Part shown: positions 21,604 through 28,875 of the stretch, one piece after another
Position numbering within the stretch: position 1 is the first letter of the stretch
Layout: every line of letters starts with the position of its first letter
From: Pseudomonadota bacterium
GTDB taxonomy: Bacteria > Pseudomonadota > Gammaproteobacteria > Competibacterales > Competibacteraceae
Assembly (NCBI GenBank): GCA_029780415.1
Contig: JAKOYN010000073.1
Coordinates: forward strand, 1-39,623
Direction of reading: 5' to 3'
DNA length: 39,623 bases
Position numbers and translations under genes: made by a program
Notes under the pieces: model-generated
Seen by the model: only the letters and a program-made list of their open reading frames with translations
The model's database searches: none
Told to the model about the DNA's origin: nothing

Positions 21604-22065
21604 ATGAATATGCAAAGCCGATTTCTTTCCCGCACCGGATTCGCTGGCATTTTGGCGCTATTTATACCTCTGGGATCACTCGCTGCTGAAACCACTAGCC
21701 CGGCAGCGACCGTAATTATTCGTTGCGCCTGGCCCGGACCCGCGACGAATCCGGACAATGCCCCTGCCACCGATGGCAACAGCGCTTGCACCTGCGTGAG
21801 CAACGGCAATGGCAGCACCTGCAGTTGCACCAGCGGCGCGGCGACCCCGGTCAATAGCGGCTCCACACCCGTCTTCACCGTCGATGCCAGCTCCAACACA
21901 CCTGCAACCCTGGTCGAGCACCTGAAAACCGCCACCAGTTGCGCCGATGCCAGGGCGTTCACCGAATCCGCCAGTGACGGCGCCCGCCAAGCCTGTACCC
22001 CCCTGGCCAGCGGCTCGGTGAATGCCCTGCTTTATTCCTGCACCGTTCCCGGCACTCCACTGTAG
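21604..22065 (+). CDS. Cysteine-rich secreted protein (8 Cys) with no Ala-Gly leader motif
   Basis: MNMQSRFLSRTGFAGILALFIPLGSLA|AETTSP... is a signal peptide. The mature part carries C-x-C/C-x-C-type cysteine clusters. Confidence 0.6.
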   Translation: MNMQSRFLSRTGFAGILALFIPLGSLAAETTSPAATVIIRCAWPGPATNPDNAPATDGNSACTCVSNGNGSTCSCTSGAATPVNSGSTPVFTVDASSNTPATLVEHLKTATSCADARAFTESASDGARQACTPLASGSVNALLYSCTVPGTPL

Positions 22066-22102
22066 AACCTGTATACCCTGTATCCCAGCACTCGCGCCGC
22101 AG

Positions 22103-22144
22103 AAAAAAAGGAAACGGGCAAAAAACTCTCTGTCACCCGTTTCC
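22103..22144. terminator. Hairpin with an upstream A7 run after the Cys-rich gene; terminator-like when read on the minus strand, or weakly bidirectional
   Basis: AAAAAAA-GGAAACGGG-(17-nt loop)-CCCGTTTCC. On the minus strand the stem is followed by TTTTTTT. Confidence 0.4.
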
Positions 22145-22331
22145 AGCTAACGCGGCGCGGCACCACTTGCCCACGCACGCACCGCGCGACCCCACCTGAC
22201 CCATCGCCCACGCCATGTGCCCCGGTTGACATCATCCCCAGCAAGTCACATTTTTATTATTTATAGAATCAAAATTGATATTTTTATACTAGGATTGTGA
22301 TAGAAAAATCTGCACATGGAGTTGCCAAACC

Positions 22332-22982
22332 ATGCGTGCCAGCCTCATACCCTGCCGCTGCTTTCCCGCGATCATCCTCGCCACGCTCCTGCTCACCGGC
22401 CCGATCCAGACCACTCACGCCGAGGACTATCCGCCGGTCAAGTCACTGCTGGAAATACGCCGCGAACGGGTTGTAATCCAGAAATGGGATCTGAGTTGCG
22501 GCGCCGCAGCCCTGACCACCCTGTTGCGCTACCAGCACGGCGACCCGGTCACCGAAAAGGATGTCGCCACCGCGCTAATCAACCGTAGCGAATATCTGCG
22601 CAATCCTCAGCTCGTGCAGATTCGTGAGGGCTTTTCCCTACTCGACCTCAAGCGCTATGTCGATGGTCGCGGCTATCAGGGCACCGGCCTGGGCCAGCTC
22701 ACCCTCGACGACCTCAATCGGCGCGCACCGATCCTGATTCCGATCCAGACCCGGGGCTACAACCACTTCGTGGTGTTCCGTGGCCAACGCGACAACCGCG
22801 TCCTGCTCGCTGACCCGGCCTGGGGCAACCGCACCATGACCGTAGAGCACTTCATGCAGGCTTGGATCGACTACCCAAAAATCGGTCACGTTGGCTTCGT
22901 CGTCGAAGCAGCGCCCGGTCATCCACGCAGCGCATCCACACCGCTTGCACCGCGCCCCGAGGAATTCGTCACGTTCAATTGA
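22332..22982 (+). CDS. Standalone periplasmic C39-like cysteine peptidase (Peptidase_C39_2 / FapD-like architecture)
   Basis: A signal peptide is followed by the catalytic Cys context WDLSCGAAALTTLLRYQ, the His context GYNHFVVFRG, and the Asp context LLADPAWG. Length is 216 aa. There is no ABC-transporter fusion. Confidence 0.75.
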   Translation: MRASLIPCRCFPAIILATLLLTGPIQTTHAEDYPPVKSLLEIRRERVVIQKWDLSCGAAALTTLLRYQHGDPVTEKDVATALINRSEYLRNPQLVQIREGFSLLDLKRYVDGRGYQGTGLGQLTLDDLNRRAPILIPIQTRGYNHFVVFRGQRDNRVLLADPAWGNRTMTVEHFMQAWIDYPKIGHVGFVVEAAPGHPRSASTPLAPRPEEFVTFN

Positions 22983-23054
22983 GCCCCCTCCAGCACTTTC
23001 CGCCGCCATGCAGGGAACCGATTTCATCGTCAAATGCACGCAAGGAGATTATTC

Positions 23055-24299
23055 ATGGCCCGTCTGCCGTTTCGCTGGACCCGCCACCCCCTTTCACGCC
23101 ATCCGCTTACGAGCTGTTGCACGACGCTGGGCATCAGCACCCTGAGCCTGTGCCTGCTGAGCGGCGCGCCCGCCAGCGCCGACGATGTCATCACACAAGC
23201 CGACGCCCGCCAGTTACGCCAGGAACTGCGCGAACGGGATCGCATCATTGCTGAACTGCTGGCACGGGTCAGCGAACTGGAACGCCGCATGGATGGCGAC
23301 ACCACGCCACCGGCCAGCACCAGACGCCGCGCCACTGCCAGGACCCGTACCGCACAAATCACCGCGCCGGCACCTGTCGCCACACCTACACCCACGCCTG
23401 AACCGGTAAGCAGCGCGGTCGCGCCGCCTGCTCCGACCGGTCCCGGCGCGGTGGCCATCGATGCACAGGCTGCAGAACGGGCCCTGGAACGGACCCTGAC
23501 CGCCGAGGGCGCCCTGCTGCTGCCAGCGGGCAGTTACGACTTCGAGCCGTACTTCAATTACAACCGCCGGGTCAACGATGGCCCAACCCTGGTGCAAACC
23601 GACGCAGGCATCCTGGCGCGCAGCTTCGGGATCCGTCGCAATGAATTTGATCTGGGTCTGCGCGCCCGCGTCGGCCTGCCCTATGACGCCCAGGTGGAAC
23701 TCGACCTGCCCTATCGCAGCGTCAATCAGGAGCTGTTGCGACCCACCGGCCTGGCCGGCTTCGACAGCACTGAAAATACCGGCTCGGCCATCGGCGACAT
23801 CCGCCTGGGCATCGCCAAAACCCTCAGCCGCGAAAGTGGCTGGCAACCGGACCTGGTCGGACGCCTGACCTGGAACACCGGCACTGGGGAAATCGTCGAT
23901 CAGAACGTACCGATGGGCGATGGCTTCAACCGCCTGCGCGCCTCACTGACTGCGCTCAAGCGTCAGGATCCCCTGGCCTTCACTGCCAGCCTGGCCTACC
24001 AAACCACATTTGAAAAAGACGGTGTCCAACCTGGCAACGAGCTTGGCCTGTCCTTCGGCGTCTCGCTGGCCGCCAGCCCGGAAACCTCGCTGAGTCTTGC
24101 GCTGGCCCAGAGCTTTACTGCCGAAACCGAGTTGAATGGCCGCACGGTTACCGGCAGCGATCAGGTCAGCGGTGTGCTATTGCTCGGCGCATCCTCGGTG
24201 ATCAACCGGCAGACCCTGCTGCTGGTAACCGGCGCCATCGGCCTGACCGATGACGCCCCGGATTACGGCATCAGCATATCGCTACCGATCCGTTTCTAG
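23055..24299 (+). CDS. Outer-membrane beta-barrel with an N-terminal periplasmic coiled coil and Pro/Thr-rich linker (FapF-like architecture)
   Basis: The signal ends ...LLSGAPASA. The coiled-coil heptads are DARQLRQELRERDRIIAELLARVSELERRM, followed by the linker TPPASTRRRATARTRTAQITAPAPVATPTPTPEP. A putative plug helix is AQAAERALERTL. Amphipathic beta-strands end ...ISLPIRF. An AAGGAG Shine-Dalgarno precedes the ATG. Confidence 0.75.
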   Translation: MARLPFRWTRHPLSRHPLTSCCTTLGISTLSLCLLSGAPASADDVITQADARQLRQELRERDRIIAELLARVSELERRMDGDTTPPASTRRRATARTRTAQITAPAPVATPTPTPEPVSSAVAPPAPTGPGAVAIDAQAAERALERTLTAEGALLLPAGSYDFEPYFNYNRRVNDGPTLVQTDAGILARSFGIRRNEFDLGLRARVGLPYDAQVELDLPYRSVNQELLRPTGLAGFDSTENTGSAIGDIRLGIAKTLSRESGWQPDLVGRLTWNTGTGEIVDQNVPMGDGFNRLRASLTALKRQDPLAFTASLAYQTTFEKDGVQPGNELGLSFGVSLAASPETSLSLALAQSFTAETELNGRTVTGSDQVSGVLLLGASSVINRQTLLLVTGAIGLTDDAPDYGISISLPIRF

Positions 24300-25863
24300 A
24301 CCGTCGCCGCCACAGCAACAGCAGCGCCAGCCCGCCACCCAGCAGCCACAGGGTGGCGGCTTCCGCGAGCGGCGGTACCGGCACCGGCCCCGCGAAGGAC
24401 AGCAGCGCGCTGACCGGTGTCGAAACCGGCGTATCGATGGCCTCCAGCACCCCAGTGTCAAAACCCAGGAACAGTTCCGGCAGGTAGAACGAATCCATGC
24501 TGATGCGGCTGAGAAATGCCGCCAGCCAGCGGGAATCGCTCTGCGCGCCCGGTTCCGTCATCAGAATTGGCGCGAAGCCATTGAAACCCTGCACCGGATG
24601 CAAGCTGCCGTCCAGGACCACGGTCGGCGTGCGTGCAGTCAGCACCACATGATGGTTTCCATCGAACAGGCGCAGATCGCTACCGGAAAAATACCGCCGG
24701 CCCTCCAGAGTGCCCAACTGCGCCAGCGGATCAATCTCCAGAAATCCACCCAGCAGGGAATCCGCCAGTTCATCGGCATCGAATGTCCAGTCGCGCCCAC
24801 CCCGAAGCATATCGAGCGGAATCGGATCAAAAGCCAGCAGGCCGCTGGAGGGATCCCAGTGCACCTGCGGATCGCCAGGCGCACCGGACGCCCGGTAGCC
24901 GGCGGATTCTTCGACCTGTATCACCGCGCGGGGCGGTGCCTCGTAGGACTGCTCGGTGTGACGGCTGAACAGGATCAGCCCAAGCGGAGCAAATTCCCGA
25001 TCAAAGGCATCCAGCAGCGGCACCGCTACGCGCAACGGCTCCGCGTCCGGCTGCAGCAGCAGGCGACCCGCAGCAGCGTTGAACTGCGTGGCGAACCAGT
25101 CACGGATCGCGTCACTCCCTGGCACATCAAACACCCGGACCGTGGGCAAGCCATTTTCCAGGTAGCCCAGAAAACCGACCTCATCGTAGCGCACCGCGCC
25201 CGTCGCGCTGATCTGCACAGTCGTCAGCGTATCGCGCATGTAGGCCAGACTGCTCGCCGGCGTGCCCTGCCAGCGCAGCGTATCGAAATCCCAATCCAGA
25301 TGCAGGAACAGATCATCGCTCCCCCGGTCGGGATCGGCGCGGAGCTGAATACCCAGGGCCATACCCTCGGTCATGGCGGTGGCGCGGCCAAAGAGCGGCT
25401 CGGTAGCCCACGCAGCAGCATAGGTCGCCTGGCTTATCGCGAACTGGGCCAGCATGCCGCTCTCATCGAGAGCGCCACCAAGCCATGCCCCGGGGGCCAT
25501 CCCAACCGCGATGCCCGCCCCGGCAGTCGCTGCATGCGCACTGACCCCAGGCACTGCAATTGACGTAAATCCCAAGCCGTCCTGCACTGAACGCACCGTA
25601 GTCGCAAATGTCACCGTACTCGTCGTCGATCCCGCTTGGGCAAGCGCATAGGGATTGCCAATAAACTCAATACCCGCCGTTTCCGACAGCCCGATCGTCA
25701 TAGTCAAAATGCTTGCCGTTTCTGCAGCAGGCACAAAAGATGTTTGCGCAACAGCTGAATTCATAGCGATGCCAAGCCAGCCGATGCCCACTATTGAAAG
25801 CCATCCTTTGTCCCGAAAATACTGCTTTCCGTATTCAGCAAGCGCTCCCTTTAATCTCTGCAT
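24271..25863 (-). CDS. Secreted protein with a PEP-CTERM-like C-terminal sorting signal (variant Pro-rich motif)
   Basis: The N-terminus is MQRLKGALAEYGKQYFRDKGWLSIVGIGWLGIAMNSAVAQ. The C-terminus is ...VPVPPLAEAATLWLLGGGLALLLLWRRRSRNGSVAIC, giving a Pro motif, a TM helix and an Arg cluster. The 3' end overlaps the convergent OMP gene by 29 bp. The start is uncertain, since the ORF is open up to 26067. Confidence 0.6.
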   Translation of the reverse strand: MQRLKGALAEYGKQYFRDKGWLSIVGIGWLGIAMNSAVAQTSFVPAAETASILTMTIGLSETAGIEFIGNPYALAQAGSTTSTVTFATTVRSVQDGLGFTSIAVPGVSAHAATAGAGIAVGMAPGAWLGGALDESGMLAQFAISQATYAAAWATEPLFGRATAMTEGMALGIQLRADPDRGSDDLFLHLDWDFDTLRWQGTPASSLAYMRDTLTTVQISATGAVRYDEVGFLGYLENGLPTVRVFDVPGSDAIRDWFATQFNAAAGRLLLQPDAEPLRVAVPLLDAFDREFAPLGLILFSRHTEQSYEAPPRAVIQVEESAGYRASGAPGDPQVHWDPSSGLLAFDPIPLDMLRGGRDWTFDADELADSLLGGFLEIDPLAQLGTLEGRRYFSGSDLRLFDGNHHVVLTARTPTVVLDGSLHPVQGFNGFAPILMTEPGAQSDSRWLAAFLSRISMDSFYLPELFLGFDTGVLEAIDTPVSTPVSALLSFAGPVPVPPLAEAATLWLLGGGLALLLLWRRRSRNGSVAIC

Positions 25864-26158
25864 GAATCGCAAAGGTTTGCAATCATCTTGAGCCTGGAAC
25901 CGAATACGGCCATGGATATGCAAACTGCCACAGGTCAAATCCAGAAACGCTCCAGAATCCAGCAGCCGCAAACAGTCAGGCATCCATGAAGTCCAAGGCC
26001 AAACTGCCTGTAAAACCGCTGCATCATATAATCCCGCTCGCCCTATCCTGAATTGCATGGCGACCACCTCACAAGCGACATAAATCCTGAAATTCCATGT
26101 CAGAAAATCCCGTATCCATTTCCATAAATGGATTCCTGAACCCGGACACTAACAGAAC

Positions 26159-27544
26159 TTATTTCCTGAGTTTTCTATGCGCCTGATTATTTTCGTTCAT
26201 CTCTACATTGAACTTGCAAAGCCGGTACAGCGAGGCGCGGGAAATACCCAGAACCTTGGCCGCGCGGGTCAGGTTTCCATTAGCATGCTGAATCGCGATG
26301 TGGATTGCATCATGCTCGGCTCTCTTGCGCGCCTCTTCAATAGTGACGATTTGTCTGGAATTATTGCGCCGATCCAGATCCAGATGTTTCGGAGCAATCA
26401 GCCGGTCATCGCAAAACAGCACCGCTCGCTCGACCCGGTTGATCAACTCGCGCACATTGCCAGGCCAGTTGTGCACACGCATGACCCGCAAGGCTTCAAT
26501 GCTGAAGTCTCTGGGTTTCGACTTGTTTTGCTCCCTGAGAAATTTCTCTAGAAAACAATAAGCTAGATCTATAATATCGTCTTCTCTTTCCCGCAGTGGC
26601 GGCATTTGCAGATGCAGTGTATTCAAGCGATAGTACAGATCCTCACGAAAAGTACCCTCGACCACCGCGCGCTTCAAATCGCGATGGGTAGCGGCAATGA
26701 CACGCACATTCAGACCAATACTTTCAGTACCGCCCAAGCGCTCGATGGTTTTCTCCTGCAGAAAGCGCAGCAGGGCTATTTGTACATCCGGAGCGATATC
26801 GCCTATCTCATCAAGCAGAATTGTACCTTCGTTTGCAGCTTCAATCTTGCCCATCTTGAAGCGGTTTGCGCCGGTAAAGGCACCTCTTTCATATCCAAAA
26901 AGTTCGGATTGAATCAGATTGGCCGGCAATGCAGCACTGTTGACCGTAATCCATGGACCTTTCGCGCGCTGGGAAAATTGATGCAGGGCGCGCGCTGCCA
27001 GTTCCTTGCCTGTTCCGCTTTCGCCGGTAATCAACACGGTTTTTTCAACCGGCGCCATTTTAATGATCTGCTGCCGGACATTCTTCATGGCAGTGGACTT
27101 GCCAATTAGAATGTAATTTTTTTCAATCGACGTGTCGTAATTCCTGGCGATAGATCGTGCCAACTCACTCATGCCATAGGCGCGACAGAGAGCCGGCAAC
27201 AATCGCGACATGTCGATGGGTAATCGCTGGTAATCGTAGAAATGGTTCACAATCGTCTCGCGAACCGCAGGATTGGAGATGGCCGCATCATCGGTCATGG
27301 CAATCCATTGCACATGTTTTCCCAAACTAACCAGTTCCTGGATACAGCGCAAAAAATCCGGTTGATAGCGGGTCATAAACACGATACCCACCCGGTGATT
27401 ATCGGTAAAAATAGCTTTCTTGGCGCTGTTGATGTCATTAATCTTGGTCACATTCCAGTGATCAAGACCAATATTATCAACCAAACTCATACCGTCATGA
27501 TCAGAAAAAAAAAGCAAAACATCTCTACGGTTCAATGTGGACAT
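26159..27544 (-). CDS. Sigma-54-dependent transcriptional activator (bEBP) with a degenerate N-terminal receiver-like domain
   Basis: AAA+ motifs are present: Walker A GESGTGKE, GAFTGA, and ESELFGYERGAFTGA. The C-terminus has a Fis-type HTH (AAKVLGISRASLYRL). The N-terminal ~130 aa look like a receiver fold lacking the acceptor Asp. The gene is markedly AT-richer than its surroundings. Confidence 0.85.
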   Translation of the reverse strand: MSTLNRRDVLLFFSDHDGMSLVDNIGLDHWNVTKINDINSAKKAIFTDNHRVGIVFMTRYQPDFLRCIQELVSLGKHVQWIAMTDDAAISNPAVRETIVNHFYDYQRLPIDMSRLLPALCRAYGMSELARSIARNYDTSIEKNYILIGKSTAMKNVRQQIIKMAPVEKTVLITGESGTGKELAARALHQFSQRAKGPWITVNSAALPANLIQSELFGYERGAFTGANRFKMGKIEAANEGTILLDEIGDIAPDVQIALLRFLQEKTIERLGGTESIGLNVRVIAATHRDLKRAVVEGTFREDLYYRLNTLHLQMPPLREREDDIIDLAYCFLEKFLREQNKSKPRDFSIEALRVMRVHNWPGNVRELINRVERAVLFCDDRLIAPKHLDLDRRNNSRQIVTIEEARKRAEHDAIHIAIQHANGNLTRAAKVLGISRASLYRLCKFNVEMNENNQAHRKLRK

Positions 27545-28711
27545 TGCAACCCCCTAATGACCGCCATTATCCGAAAACCACAATACATCACATGGTTTTT
27601 ATCCAGCCAAGCCAAGTAAAAATCTTAGCAACTCCGAACCTTCGCCATGTGTTGATCGTCCACACTGATCCTAGTATGTATTTTCTTGATTGTGCAATTT
27701 GTCGATCATTTTTATGTCTTGTTTTTAAGATTTTTTATGTCAAAATTTTATGACGTTATACAAATATGGCACTTTTTATATTATTAATCAGCTCATTGAT
27801 GGCATCTTGGCATACGTATTCATGCATCGATACCCCATCATGCATCAACATAAGCATCCATGACTGGAATATTGACACATAAAACCGCCCGATCAAAACG
27901 GCATGATCTGGATTACTTATTCCATTATCAGGGATAACCATGATTTCCATGCACAATAATCCTATCGCATAAAAAGGCGACACAACCAAGCTCCAACAGT
28001 TTTTCCTTAATCAACTATTTTTATTAACTAAATGATTTTAAATAAAATTTATAATCGCATTCATGAAAATATACGCAATAAAGCATTTGCTTTTACAGAA
28101 CAGCATCCGTTGCCTTGCGAAAATCGATCAGAGCATTTCACCAAATAAATCAGGAGACGCACTATCAGGAAAGCCGAAAAGGAGAGACGTGGAGGAAAGC
28201 TAAACTGGCTGCTGCGTGTCTCACGCTGACACATTTGCCTAGCGCATGCCCGGCAAATCCTTCACCCTACAGAACAGGCGCATGTCATGGCATTCACATC
28301 CGCCGCGTGGACGCTGCGCAATGCGTCCCGGGCGACAGGCGCCATCAGGGGATTGATCGAGGAACAGCAAGCCGCTCGATTCGACCAGCGCCGCTCAATT
28401 GCGTGACTGCAGGGCATGCAGTCGCCCGCAGGAACCTTTCATGCGAGAGGTCCGTTGTGCAATCTGTTCCAACACACGGTCGAGCAGCAACCAAGAACGA
28501 TCCTCGAAATTGCACGCCAGCGCCACCCAGCCAATCACCGGCATGCTTCAACCATTGCCAACAGCCACAGGTTCGGAATGCAGGATCATGGCAAGCGCTA
28601 CGCACAGCCAACAGCCGCGCCCCTTGGCCTTGATCAAACCCAGGACTTTCGCTTACCTGACTTTTTCCGTCATACGCGGGAAAGCGGGTATCCATTCTTT
28701 TCAACAAGCTA

Positions 28712-28801
28712 CTGGATTCCCGCATACGCGGGAATGACGAACGACGCGATGTTGAGTCTGTATCTGACCTTCTGAATTCCCGCATACGCGGGAATGACGA
28801 A
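28712..28801. repeat. Two 30-bp direct repeats with internal dyad symmetry around a 30-bp unique spacer, plus a degenerate copy upstream; CRISPR-like geometry or a REP-type element
   Basis: CTGRATTCCCGCATACGCGGGAATGACGAA occurs at 28712-28741 and 28772-28801, a period of 60 bp. The core TTCCCGC-atac-GCGGGAA is a stem-loop. A degenerate CATACGCGGGAA copy lies at ~28671. No cas genes are present in the window. Confidence 0.5.
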
Positions 28802-28823
28802 AAGCGAAAGTCCCGAAACCAAC

Positions 28824-28851
28824 AAAAAAGCGGCCTTACGGCCGCTTTTTT
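28824..28851. terminator. Bidirectional rho-independent terminator serving pgk (minus strand)
   Basis: AAAAAA-GCGGCC-ttac-GGCCGC-TTTTTT is a perfect stem with A and T runs on both sides. It lies 25 bp downstream of the pgk stop. Confidence 0.85.
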
Positions 28852-28875
28852 CCTCAGCAAAAACGACTTGTTACG

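Noticed and set aside
22224-22310. TTGACA hexamer and TATACT-like boxes upstream of the peptidase gene as a sigma-70 promoter
   Set aside because: The hexamers are not at consistent 16-19 bp spacing from any good -10. The AT-rich tract is noted, but I cannot call a specific promoter.
25864-26158. Possible sigma-54 promoter (AGGCTC...TTGCA, and TGGCAGTTTGCA) upstream of the PEP-CTERM-like gene
   Set aside because: On careful counting, the GG to GC spacing is 12 or 6 nt rather than the required 10. The -12 element would also lie only ~15 nt from the ATG, leaving no leader.
27756-27989. 77-aa minus-strand ORF inside the AT-rich region upstream of the activator
   Set aside because: It sits in a promoter-like AT-rich tract with no ribosome-binding site or recognisable motif. 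It is more likely chance than a gene.
28115-28633. 172-aa plus-strand ORF in the ORF-free region
   Set aside because: Its composition (Arg, Pro, Cys, Ala, His) and lack of any domain signature argue that it is not coding.
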